From an uncultured Ectothiorhodospiraceae bacterium (GTDB taxonomy: Bacteria > Pseudomonadota > Gammaproteobacteria > CAYFSA01): a stretch of DNA of 64,000 nt. The stretch covers positions 14,521-78,520 of the forward strand of contig CAYFSA010000001.1 of the NCBI GenBank assembly GCA_964345605.1, in the 5' to 3' direction. The notes beneath the pieces are model-generated. The model was not told the DNA's origin and ran no database searches. It saw only the letters and a program-made list of their open reading frames with translations. Below are positions 28,181-37,183 of the stretch, one piece after another. The position numbers and the translations under genes are program-made. How positions within the stretch are numbered: position 1 is the first letter of the stretch; every line of letters starts with the position of its first letter.

Positions 28181-28743
28181 AACGAAATCCGTATACCAAT
28201 GTGGGGACGATGCTCGACCAGTTCGGGATTGTCACCCTGCATCTCGACACGCAGATAGCGGTAGCCAACGAAACCGGAGGTGCCGGGCATCACTTCCAAG
28301 GCGAGCCGGGCATCGCCCTCGAACAAGTTCGAGGCATCGGCAAAACTGGTGATATCCGGGGCATAATCGGCGCGCCCGGAAATCGAGACCGGCATATTGG
28401 CGGGAATCGTCACGCCCGCACCGGCCCCGAGACTGAGCGCCATCACATCCTGATCCAGTTCATCCAGATGGCCGGCATAACCACGGATACCGACGATCGC
28501 GAAAGTCGGCGCTTTGCCGGCCGGCATACCGCGCGCAGCCACCCCGATCGAGCCGACTATATCCCCTTGTTCATTAAAAAAACCCCGGGTATTGAGCCGG
28601 GTATAACCATATTGTGTCTCGGCCAAATCGACATTACCGACCAAGTTCGCCGTTTTGGTACTCAAACTGACCTCGACGCCATGCCCCCAAGCCACCGTTG
28701 CCGCTGCCCACAGGCAGCCCAATACAATCCTGCGGTGCACCAT
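28177..28743 (-). CDS. outer-membrane beta-barrel protein (YfaZ-like)
   Basis: Signal peptide, alternating amphipathic strands, and a C-terminal aromatic residue (..GIRISF). Confidence 0.5.
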   Translation of the reverse strand: MVHRRIVLGCLWAAATVAWGHGVEVSLSTKTANLVGNVDLAETQYGYTRLNTRGFFNEQGDIVGSIGVAARGMPAGKAPTFAIVGIRGYAGHLDELDQDVMALSLGAGAGVTIPANMPVSISGRADYAPDITSFADASNLFEGDARLALEVMPGTSGFVGYRYLRVEMQGDNPELVEHRPHIGIRISF

Positions 28744-28839
28744 GATTGACTCCTAAAAATAGCCGCTGATTCTTTATGTGTAGAGCGCACTTAAGGTTTC
28801 CAAAACGGCGCCAGTGTAACATGATCAGGGCATTTAGCC

Positions 28840-29415
28840 CTATTGGCCAGGCGAGCGGCCCGAAGGCGTGTAGCGCAAGCGTAATTGACCGCCGCGCTGC
28901 AGCATCTCCACTCGGCGCAAAAAACTCATCCCCAGCAGCACATCATCACCCGGCGCCATGCCGGTATTAATGCTGCCGCGGACCTGGCGCAGTCGCAAAG
29001 GCCCGATACTGACACGCTCCAAGGTCGTCACATAGCCTACCACCGCGCCATTAGCGGTGCGGTAGACTTGCCGCGGACCCCGCGTCAGCCCTAAGCGAGC
29101 CGCTTTGGCAGCGGGAATGGCCACATCGCTGGCGCCCGTATCCACTATAAACGTCACCGGCTCGCCATTGATCCGGCCACTGGTGACGTAATGCCCGTCG
29201 CGATTGCGCGTGAGCACGACTTCGATGAACTCGCCCTCGCGTACCTCGGCTAGCGGCTCGGTGTTGGGATTATGCTGGCGACTGACCCAGACATCGAACA
29301 ATAGCGACAGCACGACGATCAAGGCGACCCAAAAGGCCACGTACATCCCGCAGCCCCAGCGGCTGCCGGGGTGGACGGGCGTTTCGTCATCCTGCCAACG
29401 GGGCTCGTTCGGCAT
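28840..29415 (-). CDS. membrane-anchored retropepsin-like aspartic protease (clan AA, TIGR02281-type)
   Basis: TM anchor followed by FIVDTGASDVAIP, where DTG is the catalytic motif. Confidence 0.65.
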   Translation of the reverse strand: MPNEPRWQDDETPVHPGSRWGCGMYVAFWVALIVVLSLLFDVWVSRQHNPNTEPLAEVREGEFIEVVLTRNRDGHYVTSGRINGEPVTFIVDTGASDVAIPAAKAARLGLTRGPRQVYRTANGAVVGYVTTLERVSIGPLRLRQVRGSINTGMAPGDDVLLGMSFLRRVEMLQRGGQLRLRYTPSGRSPGQ

Positions 29416-29593
29416 CTGCGGCTCGATCGTCTGATAACGGCCTGAGGTTTAGCCTTAGCGTTTGCATGGTTGAGTCAGCCTTTGGTTGCATTATGCTGCC
29501 TATATCTTGAGGACAACGCCAACAGCCTGAGCGGTCGCGTCCCTGGCGTCACCTTAATTGAATCAGACACCAAGCCCTTTTGAAGGAGTTGCC

Positions 29594-29932
29594 ATGAATG
29601 TTAAAGAAACCATCGAAATCAAGCTGCAGCAAGCCCTGATCACTACCGAATTGGAAGTCATTAACGAAAGCCATATGCACAACGTCCCACCTGGCTCGGA
29701 ATCCCATTTCAAGATCAACATTGTCTCCCCGGCGTTCGTGGGTCAATCATTGCTGCAACGGCATCGACACATCAATCAATTGCTGCAGGAAGAACTCGCC
29801 GGGCCGGTGCATGCCTTGAGTCTGCACACCCTGACCCCGGAGGAATGGACCGCCCGCACCGGCAAGCTCCCGGAATCACCACCTTGCATGGGAGGAAAAA
29901 AGGCCGAACAGGCCCGTCAATCGATTAGCTGA
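29594..29932 (+). CDS. bolA: BolA-family transcriptional regulator
   Basis: ...ESHMHNVPPGSESHFKINIVSPAFVGQSLLQRHRHINQLL...HALSLHTLTPEEW is the classic BolA signature. Confidence 0.7.
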   Translation: MNVKETIEIKLQQALITTELEVINESHMHNVPPGSESHFKINIVSPAFVGQSLLQRHRHINQLLQEELAGPVHALSLHTLTPEEWTARTGKLPESPPCMGGKKAEQARQSIS

Positions 29933-30093
29933 GCAATGCCGCGGCCGGCGGCGAACTGCCTTGCCAGTCACGCTGGCCCATCCTGCTTGCGGCCCATCCT
30001 GCTTGCCGGCCAAAAACATGCACCCACACTTCGCCACGCTAACCGCCGTTGTGAGCCTGGCAAAGGGAACCTACCGAGGGCGGAGTCGACGGA

Positions 30094-30933
30094 TCAATTG
30101 CCGGGCAGCCACCGCTCGAACGAGGCAAAGCTCTGTCCCACCCCCTCGGGGGCCGCCGGGTCATAGTAAAGACTGCGCAGGCGCATCGTGGTGGGCGGCG
30201 CGAGCAGGCTGCCTTCCACCAAACTGCGATAATCGGTGCCGCCCAGCAGCCGATGCACAACGGTGAGATACAGTCGGTCCAGGCACTGATCGGCGAGCAG
30301 CATGTGCATGATTTCCGGGCCGGTCACCGAGTAAATACAGCGGTAACCACGCGTCCCGAGCCTGTCGATCAGGGTTGCACCAGTGACTCGCTCGCCCGGC
30401 TCCTGGATGACAGTAAAGCCTTGGGCTTGTATCTCGGCGACACGCGCGGCCTGAGCCCGAGCACTGGTGAAAAACACGACGTCACGCTGGCCATCGCGCA
30501 TTTCCGCGGGAATCGGACAGTTCAAGCTGGCACTCACCACCGCCAAGGCGGGATAGGCTGACAGCCCCTGATGCACCCGCCAGGCCCGCAGATCGGCAAA
30601 ACTCGGATCGTCGTAAACCGCAATGATCTCCTGCGCCGTCCCCGCAGCACGTTCGCGCAAGTGCCGGCCACTGGTGATGAGCACATCCGCCTGAGCCGCC
30701 AGTTCCTGAAACAAGCGCCAGTCACGCGGATTGGCAATGGCATGGGGCACGGTCTGAGCGCCGTCCGCCCCTGCGGTCACTGAGATCCGCCCGTCCAGAC
30801 TGCAGACATAATTGGTGTAGACAAAGGGGCGTTCGTTTGCACCCGACTGTTGCAGGTCTTCCTGCAAATACAATCGGTCAAGCGCGACTTCCGCAGTCGG
30901 CTGCGGCAACAGACGCAACAAGGGCTCGGTCAT
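30094..30933 (-). CDS. RibD C-terminal domain / dihydrofolate-reductase-fold reductase family protein
   Basis: 279 aa with the RibD_C-like pattern (..YVCSLDGRIS..., ..DVLITSGRHL...). Last gene of a four-gene operon. Confidence 0.65.
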   Translation of the reverse strand: MTEPLLRLLPQPTAEVALDRLYLQEDLQQSGANERPFVYTNYVCSLDGRISVTAGADGAQTVPHAIANPRDWRLFQELAAQADVLITSGRHLRERAAGTAQEIIAVYDDPSFADLRAWRVHQGLSAYPALAVVSASLNCPIPAEMRDGQRDVVFFTSARAQAARVAEIQAQGFTVIQEPGERVTGATLIDRLGTRGYRCIYSVTGPEIMHMLLADQCLDRLYLTVVHRLLGGTDYRSLVEGSLLAPPTTMRLRSLYYDPAAPEGVGQSFASFERWLPGN

Positions 30934-30935
30934 GG

Positions 30936-31268
30936 TCAGTCGTACAACACCTTGGCCATCTCATCGAAGACCTGGGTCACCGAGCCACGCTCATTTTCCA
31001 GTAAACAGACCAAATCACCCAAAACACACACGGACATATCCCGCCCCCGCACGCTCCAGCCACGCGGCGGAGCCCAACCTTGCTGTTGGGTGAACATCGA
31101 CAGCTGATCGGCATTGGCCTGAGTCAGCCGCTGATAATTCTTGGCAAAGCGACACAATTTATGCAGCACCACTTCCTCGAGAAACCCGTAGCCCTCGCCG
31201 CAGCTGCCGTCATCACGAAACTGCACTACCGCCTGGACCCCGTCGAGGGCGAGCAATCGCTTGATCAT
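30936..31268 (-). CDS. small Cys-motif protein, paralogue 1 of a tandem trio (DUF2173-like, uncharacterised)
   Basis: 110 aa. Shares LxGV..V.F, GW and CVLGxLxCxxxN motifs with the two genes upstream. Confidence 0.5.
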   Translation of the reverse strand: MIKRLLALDGVQAVVQFRDDGSCGEGYGFLEEVVLHKLCRFAKNYQRLTQANADQLSMFTQQQGWAPPRGWSVRGRDMSVCVLGDLVCLLENERGSVTQVFDEMAKVLYD

Positions 31269-31284
31269 GGCCGCATCTCCCGCC

Positions 31285-31629
31285 TCACTGCGCTAAGCCG
31301 GCATAGGCCGCTTCAAAATCGGCCAGGTCGTTACGCATGACAAGACCTGTCGAACCCTGGATCGCCACCGACCAGTCGGTGCCGATCAGCGAAAAACCGG
31401 TTACCGGATAAAAACCTTCCATCTGGGTCAAGGTCTCCCAGCCCCGCGCCTGCATGGTCCCGATCGCCCGATTGGCCACGCAGACATGGGCGAGCAGGTC
31501 CAGGACGCGGGCATCGAGCTGTGCCGTCTGACTCGCGTCAATGCGGTGGTCAGTGAGCTCGCCCCGGTCAGAAAACTCGAATACGGCAAGCACGCCGGGC
31601 AGCTCCATCAAGCGATCGAATCTAGCCAT
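31285..31629 (-). CDS. small protein, paralogue 2 of the tandem trio (Cys-less variant)
   Basis: 114 aa. MELPGVLAVFEF..., GWETL and WSVAIQGSTGLVMRN align with paralogues 1 and 3. Confidence 0.5.
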   Translation of the reverse strand: MARFDRLMELPGVLAVFEFSDRGELTDHRIDASQTAQLDARVLDLLAHVCVANRAIGTMQARGWETLTQMEGFYPVTGFSLIGTDWSVAIQGSTGLVMRNDLADFEAAYAGLAQ

Positions 31630-32047
31630 GCATCATCTCCGCTGAACCCGTTGAAGAAAAAGACATGCCCGCGCCGGCATTGGCATCCGGCTCGGTGCGG
31701 TCGGCGACGAACCGCTGCATCACCGCCAGCACATCGTTGATCGGCGCCTGACCATTGGCCATGAAACAAAACAGCCGGCCCAGCACACAAACGGTATAGC
31801 GCGGCCCGGTGACGGTCCAACCCATGACCGGCAAGAAGCCGCAATGAGAATGAGCGCACAGCCCCTGCAACATCTCGCCTTCCATGGTAACGCCCAGGGT
31901 GGTCGCCCGGCACATGATAGTGGCCAGGCGCGCCATTTCGGTATCCAGTTCCCCCTGATAATCACAACTATCGCCATGGCCGGCATACTCGCCGGCAACC
32001 ATGACCCCCGGTAACTTCATCAAATCGGCAATGGCACCCATGCGCAC
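31622..32047 (-). CDS. small Cys-rich protein, paralogue 3 of the tandem trio
   Basis: 141 aa. MKLPGVMVAGEY, GWTVTG and YTVCVLGRLFCFMAN. Additional Cys residues (CDY, CRAT, CAHSHC). Confidence 0.5.
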   Translation of the reverse strand: MRMGAIADLMKLPGVMVAGEYAGHGDSCDYQGELDTEMARLATIMCRATTLGVTMEGEMLQGLCAHSHCGFLPVMGWTVTGPRYTVCVLGRLFCFMANGQAPINDVLAVMQRFVADRTEPDANAGAGMSFSSTGSAEMMHG

Positions 32048-32182
32048 CTCCTCAGGTGAGATAATGTCGGGGTGGGCCTATCTCGGCAACCGCTGCCTCG
32101 GCAACCGCTGCAAGCCAATCTCAGGCGCATAGTAACGCGCCGCGATAACCGGCAAAAGCCAAAAACACTAAGGATAAACACC

Positions 32183-32701
32183 ATGTCGACATCTAGCCGT
32201 TTAGCCGTCGCTCAAGCACGCATTCCCGCGAGCTTCATGCGCCGCCTCGCCGCCATGCTGTACGATGGCCTGCTGATCCTGGCCATCCTCTTTCTGGCGG
32301 TGCTGATCGTGATCTACCCCACCGGCGGCGCCGTGCAGCATCCCTTGTTCAGCCTTTATCCCCTGGCCATCGGTTTTTTGTTTTTTGGTGGCTTTTGGGT
32401 GCTACGTGGCCAAACCCTGGGCATGAAAACCTGGCAGCTCTGGCTTCTAACCCCCCAAGGCCAGCGGATCAACTGGCGGCAAGCCCTAACCCGTTATCTC
32501 CTGGCCTTGGCGAGCTGGGGCTCACTGCTCATTGCCCTGAGCTGGGCAAATCTGCACAACCCGCCTGTCTGGCTGGTCCTCCTGGCCTGCCTACCGGGTG
32601 GCATGGCCATCGCCTGGGCCGGTTTCGATGGCGAGCGCAGCACACTCTATGACCGCTTATCCGGGACCCGGTTAGTGCGAATCCCGGCCGGGCAACGCTA
32701 A
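32183..32701 (+). CDS. RDD-family membrane protein
   Basis: ..FMRRLAAMLYDGLLILAILFLAV is a typical RDD N-terminus, with three predicted TM segments. SD AAGGA upstream of the ATG at 32183. Confidence 0.6.
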   Translation: MSTSSRLAVAQARIPASFMRRLAAMLYDGLLILAILFLAVLIVIYPTGGAVQHPLFSLYPLAIGFLFFGGFWVLRGQTLGMKTWQLWLLTPQGQRINWRQALTRYLLALASWGSLLIALSWANLHNPPVWLVLLACLPGGMAIAWAGFDGERSTLYDRLSGTRLVRIPAGQR

Positions 32702-32862
32702 TCCCTAAGTCTTGCTTGGCTGACGCGCGGGCCTGTTCATTCCCCACCTCGACCTGGGCTGATTGCCTATCAGCCTTGCTCAGACCTGCGCAGGCTGCTG
32801 CTGGCGCAGGGCCCTCTGGCTTGGGCGCAGGTTTGCCACTGACAGTAACACTTGGCAAGCGT

Positions 32863-33582
32863 CTAAGCAGATTGGCGAAACCGCATGTTAGCGTTACCGG
32901 TAGTAATCAGATCGCCATCCTGCAGGGCCTTGCCCTGGGCGCGCAGCGGACTGCCGTTGAGGGTCGGGACCTGCCGGCTGTTGCCGGTATCGATAAGCAT
33001 GGCAAAGAACTGGCTGCCCCGTTTGGAGATCGCAACCACGGCTTCCCCAGGGTTGCCGAGGGTCGTGACCCCGCGCTGCAGGGGAATGGTAGTGCCCGCC
33101 TGCGTCCCGCTTTCCACCCACAATGAACCCAACGGTGCCGCCGGCGAGTCGGCCTGGACAACCGTGGCACTGGCTGCCGACGCCGGTGTAGCGGGTTTGC
33201 TCGTGGCGGCTTGCACCCGGTCGGGTGGCATCGCTGCGGCTTGCGGTTTGGGCGGCACAGCAGTCCGCTCCTCCAGCGCGCCGCGCTGCGTGACCGGACA
33301 CATGAAATGCAGCAGCTCACGGCCGATCGTGATCCGGTCGCCATGGCGCAACACCCTTTTCTTGACAGGCGCCTGATTGACGTAGGTGCCGTTGGTGCTA
33401 TCGAGATCCTCGAGAAACACATCATTGAGCAGACGAATAAACCGAGCATGGTGCTGACTGACCGCCCGATTAGGAAACTGCAGATGATTGCTGGCGGCCC
33501 GGCCGATCACCACGCAGTCCTGTTCGATGGTAAATTCGTGGGTTTGTTGCGCTGCATTTTGCCACACTAGCTTCGGTGCCAT
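32863..33582 (-). CDS. FHA-domain protein (N-terminal FHA plus second degenerate FHA-like domain)
   Basis: N-terminal FHA signature, VIGRAASNHLQF...VSQHHARF...NGTYVN...GDRITIG. A Pro/Ala-rich linker follows. The C-terminal FHA-like segment runs TTLGNPGEAVVAIS...LNGSPL...GDLITTG. Confidence 0.8.
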   Translation of the reverse strand: MAPKLVWQNAAQQTHEFTIEQDCVVIGRAASNHLQFPNRAVSQHHARFIRLLNDVFLEDLDSTNGTYVNQAPVKKRVLRHGDRITIGRELLHFMCPVTQRGALEERTAVPPKPQAAAMPPDRVQAATSKPATPASAASATVVQADSPAAPLGSLWVESGTQAGTTIPLQRGVTTLGNPGEAVVAISKRGSQFFAMLIDTGNSRQVPTLNGSPLRAQGKALQDGDLITTGNANMRFRQSA

Positions 33583-33600
33583 TGTCCAATAATCCCGGCT

Positions 33601-34419
33601 TCAGTTTACCCTAGCGCGCTTGAACAGACGGGCCCACCAGGGCCCATGGCGGCGGGCCTGCCGCGGCGCCGCGCGAGCCAGCATAACGGAAACATTATCC
33701 TTGCCGCCACGGTCATTGGCGCGGGCAACCAAAGCCTCGGCGGCCTGCGCCAAATTGTTTGCATGCTTGCTCAACAAAGTGGCGATCTCGGCATCCGTCA
33801 GCATGTCGTACAGGCCATCGGTGCACAAGAGAAACAAATCATGGGGTAAGGCCAGGGTATCGCGCACATCAATGGCAACACTCGGCCCGACCCCGAGGGC
33901 CCGGGTAATGATATGACCCGGCGTGTGCACCTCCTGGGTGCGGCCAGCGTGAAGACCGCGATCTATGACCTCCTGGCGCACCGTATGATCCTGGGTCAGA
34001 CAGGTGAAATCGCCGCCGCGATAGCGATAAAGCCGGGAATCGCCCACATAGGCAAAATGAATATGGCCATCGCGCAAGATGCAGGTAACAACCGTCGTTC
34101 CCATGCCGAACTGTTCCGGATTGCGCTGAGCTTGGGCATAAATGCGGCGATTGGCCTGAACGATGGCCTGGCGCATGGCAAGCCCGAGCTCACTGCAGCC
34201 GGTGGCGGGGTCAATGCCATGGGAAGCAGGCAGCTCGTCAATTTGTTCGAGTTGCTCGAGGATGGTATCGACCGCGATGCGGCTAGCGATTTCACCTGCG
34301 TGATGGCCGCCCATACCATCGGCAACGACCAACAAATCAATTTGCTCGGCTTGGCCGATGCAGTCCTCGTTTTGCGAGCGCACCTTGCCGACATCCGATA
34401 AACCAGCCCACTCAATCAT
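33601..34419 (-). CDS. PP2C-family Ser/Thr protein phosphatase
   Basis: Metal-binding motifs VADGMGGHHAGEIAS and LLCTDGLYD. Lies 18 nt downstream of the FHA gene on the same strand. Confidence 0.85.
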   Translation of the reverse strand: MIEWAGLSDVGKVRSQNEDCIGQAEQIDLLVVADGMGGHHAGEIASRIAVDTILEQLEQIDELPASHGIDPATGCSELGLAMRQAIVQANRRIYAQAQRNPEQFGMGTTVVTCILRDGHIHFAYVGDSRLYRYRGGDFTCLTQDHTVRQEVIDRGLHAGRTQEVHTPGHIITRALGVGPSVAIDVRDTLALPHDLFLLCTDGLYDMLTDAEIATLLSKHANNLAQAAEALVARANDRGGKDNVSVMLARAAPRQARRHGPWWARLFKRARVN

Positions 34420-34806
34420 GGCAGTATCCGCCCCAAAAAAAAGACGCTGGCTGCGCTCATGGGAACACCTTCTGGGCTAAGCGCATGGGGACCCCTGTCG
34501 TTTGCTAATGCCTGGTCTGCCAGCTTACCCAGCAAACGGGTCAGGGACAAGCGGAAGACACTGCAAATTACCGACGCAGCGCCGGGTAGGGGCAGCTTCA
34601 ACCGACCGCCTCGCCTGCATGAAAGCTCGGCGAGGCGGGTTAAAACCCGCCCTACAGCGCCCTTGCCGGGCAGCGCATGCGCTTAACTTAATGGCAGTGC
34701 CCTAGAGGGCAGGGGTGCGAAAACTTATGAAACAATTGATAAGAATGCCATGGCCATGATCATAGGGTTGCCGATCCGGATTCAGTATACTGATTGAGAA
34801 TTCTTA

Positions 34807-35634
34807 ATGAGTGAAGCGGTTCATGTCCGAAACACGACGCGCAGCCCGAAACATGGACAAACCATGACCAAGCCGCTGCAATGCGAATTGCACCCAGCAA
34901 CGATGAGCGAGCGCCTGCGAGTCTGGTATGGCTCACGGGTCGGCCAGGCTTTGTTGACTGAGCTGCTGCCTTATTTCGATGAACTGCTGCCCCGCCTGTT
35001 CGGATTTTACGCCCTGCAAATCGGCGCCATTGCGCCGGGCATCGACTTACTGGCTGCCAGCCGGATCCGCCATCGCGGCTGCCTGGATATCGCCGCTTAT
35101 CCGGGCTGCCTGCAAGCCGATCCGGCCGCCTTACCCATTGAATCAGCCAGCTTGGACCTATTGTTATTGGCGCATAGCCTGGATTTCGCCCCGGATCCCC
35201 ACCAAGTCATGCGCGAGGCAGAGCGCAGCCTGGTGCCGGAGGGGCATTTACTGATCATGGGATTCAACCCAATGAGTCTGTTCGGCATCTGGCGGCTGGC
35301 CCGGCTGCGACGCCATGGGCCGCCCTGGTGCGGCCGGTTTTACTCGGTGATGCGAACCCACGATTGGCTGGACTTGCTTGGCATGGATGTTTTACAAACG
35401 CATTATATGATGTTTCGCCCTCCCTGCCAGCATACCGGCTTGATGCGCCGCTGCCAGCCGTTGGAATATGCCGGCCGGCGGCTATGGCGCTATTTTGGCG
35501 GTGTTTATCTGGTCCTGGCCCGCAAGCGCGTCGCCACCCTGACGCCCATCAAACCGCGCTGGCAGCCGCGGCATGGCTTGCTGCCCGGCAAAATCGCCGA
35601 ACCCACTATCGGCCGAGCCAGCCATGGCGAATGA
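34807..35634 (+). CDS. class I SAM-dependent methyltransferase (YafS-like)
   Basis: Lies immediately upstream of rnhA-dnaQ, as E. coli yafS does. Start may be the internal MTKPLQ. Confidence 0.6.
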   Translation: MSEAVHVRNTTRSPKHGQTMTKPLQCELHPATMSERLRVWYGSRVGQALLTELLPYFDELLPRLFGFYALQIGAIAPGIDLLAASRIRHRGCLDIAAYPGCLQADPAALPIESASLDLLLLAHSLDFAPDPHQVMREAERSLVPEGHLLIMGFNPMSLFGIWRLARLRRHGPPWCGRFYSVMRTHDWLDLLGMDVLQTHYMMFRPPCQHTGLMRRCQPLEYAGRRLWRYFGGVYLVLARKRVATLTPIKPRWQPRHGLLPGKIAEPTIGRASHGE

Positions 35635-36085
35635 AATCCAGGCCTTTACCGACGGCGCCTGCCGCGGCAACCCCGGCCCTGGCGGTTGGGGCGTTTTGCT
35701 GCGAGCGATAGGGCCGACTGGCGAAGTACTCAAAGAGACCGAGCTCAAAGGGGGTGAGCCGCATACCACCAACAATCGCATGGAACTCATGGCGGCGATT
35801 CAAGCCCTACAAGCCTTGACCCGGCCGACACCGTTGGTGCTGACCACCGATTCGCGTTACGTCATGCAGGGCATCACCGAATGGCTGGCTCGCTGGAAAC
35901 GCAACAACTGGCGCACCGCCACTCGCCAGCCGGTCAAAAACGCCGATCTGTGGCAGCGCCTCGACACCCTCGCCCAACGCCATCAGGTCCGGTGGCAATG
36001 GGTCAAGGGCCATAGCGGCCATGCGGAAAATGACCGCGTCGATGCCCTGGCCAATCAGGCCATCGACGCCCTGTTAGCGGAGTAA
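35627..36085 (+). CDS. rnhA: ribonuclease HI
   Basis: [16 protein letters not shown]...TNNRMEL...DSRYV...[18 protein letters not shown] match the RNase H catalytic residues. Confidence 0.9.
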   Translation, partial: ANEIQAFTDGACRGNPGPGGWGVLLRAIGPTGEVLKETELKGGEPHTTNNRMELMAAIQALQALTRPTPLVLTTDSRYVMQGITEWLARWKRNNWRTATRQPVKNADLWQRLDTLAQRHQVRWQWVKGHSGHAENDRVDALANQAIDALLAE

Positions 36086-36090
36086 ATGCA

Positions 36091-36807
36091 TTGCGACAAA
36101 TCGTCCTGGATACCGAAACAACCGGCCTGGAGCCCAGTGAAGGCCATCGCATTCTGGAAATCGGCTGCGTCGAGCTGCAAGATCGCCGACTTACCGGCAA
36201 CGACTTCCATTGTTATCTCAACCCTGAACGCGAGGTCGATGAGGGAGCCTTGGCGGTGCACGGGCTCGATCAAGCCCTGTTGGCCGAAAAGCCGCGCTTC
36301 GCCGAAGTCGTCGGGGATTTCATGGCGTATCTGCAAGGCGCCGACGAGCTGCTGATACACAATGCGCCCTTCGATGTCGGCTTTATCGACCAGGAGCTCG
36401 CGCGGGTCGGCGGGCAGTGGTCGCATCTGGCCGCCTATCATCACATCGTCGATACCCTGGTGCTCGCACGACGCAAACGTCCGGGCCAACGCAACAGCTT
36501 AGATGTCCTGTGCAAGCACTACCAAGTCGACAATTCTGGGCGCGCATTGCACGGCGCCCTGCTGGACGCGCGTTTGTTGGCAGAAGTGTATCTCGCGCTC
36601 ACCGGCGGCCAGAGCAGCCTGGCCCTGGGGCACGCCGATGCTGGCGAAGCCGGCGCACGCCCCCGCCCGGTCGCCGCCGAGCGGTCCCGGCTGCCGGTCA
36701 TCGCGGCCAGTGCTGCGGAGCTGCAGGCGCATGCCAAGGTCCTGGAAGTCATTGACAAGGCGAGCGGCGGACGTTGCCTGTGGTCCGCAATGCAGGCTAG
36801 CAATTAA
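36091..36807 (+). CDS. dnaQ: DNA polymerase III epsilon subunit (3'-5' proofreading exonuclease)
   Basis: Exo motifs IVLDTETTGL, HNAPFDVGF and HGALLDA. Non-ATG (TTG) start. Confidence 0.9.
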   Translation: MRQIVLDTETTGLEPSEGHRILEIGCVELQDRRLTGNDFHCYLNPEREVDEGALAVHGLDQALLAEKPRFAEVVGDFMAYLQGADELLIHNAPFDVGFIDQELARVGGQWSHLAAYHHIVDTLVLARRKRPGQRNSLDVLCKHYQVDNSGRALHGALLDARLLAEVYLALTGGQSSLALGHADAGEAGARPRPVAAERSRLPVIAASAAELQAHAKVLEVIDKASGGRCLWSAMQASN

Positions 36808-36845
36808 CCGCTCTGCGCCCGTTGTTTTAACTTCCAGGCATTGGG

Positions 36846-37183
36846 TCGGTCGAAACCGACCCAACCAGTTGCCGTAGGGCGGGTTTCAACCCACCCCACC
36901 ACAGCCAAATGCCGGCACCGCTTGGTCGAAACCGACCCAATCCAGTTGCCGTAGGGCGGGTTTCAACCCGCCCCACCGCGGCCAAATGCCGGCACCGCTT
37001 GGTCGAAACCGACCCAACCAGTTGCCGTAGGGCGGGTTTCAACCCGCCCCACCGCAGCCAAATGCCGGCACCGCTCGGTCGAAACCGACCCAATCCAGTT
37101 GCCGTAGGGCGGGTTTCAACCCGCCCCGCCGCAGCCAAATGCCGGCACCGGCTCGGTTGCAAGCAACCGAGCCGACCGATCAG
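36846..37183. repeat. tandem array of four ~77-bp repeat units, each with two nested hairpins, ending in a strong 11-bp-stem hairpin
   Basis: Units start at 36846, 36924, 37001 and 37077, with periods of 78, 77 and 76 nt and >90% identity. Each unit has GGTCGAAACCGACC and GGGCGGGTTTCAACCCGCCC palindromes. The terminal hairpin GGCTCGGTTGCAAGCAACCGAGCC (about 37151..37174) abuts the smpB stop. Confidence 0.85.

Noticed and set aside
34416-34601. 61-aa ORF immediately upstream of the PP2C gene
   Set aside because: No SD and arbitrary composition. The region is better explained as a divergent promoter/hairpin-rich intergenic spacer.
36846-37183. Possible CRISPR array or tRNA-like element between dnaQ and smpB
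   Set aside because: The units are near-identical with no unique spacers, so it is not CRISPR. The GGGCGGGTTTCAACCCGCCC hairpin has a 3-nt loop and no acceptor, D or anticodon arms, so it is not a tRNA. No tmRNA 5' or 3' consensus was found next to smpB.
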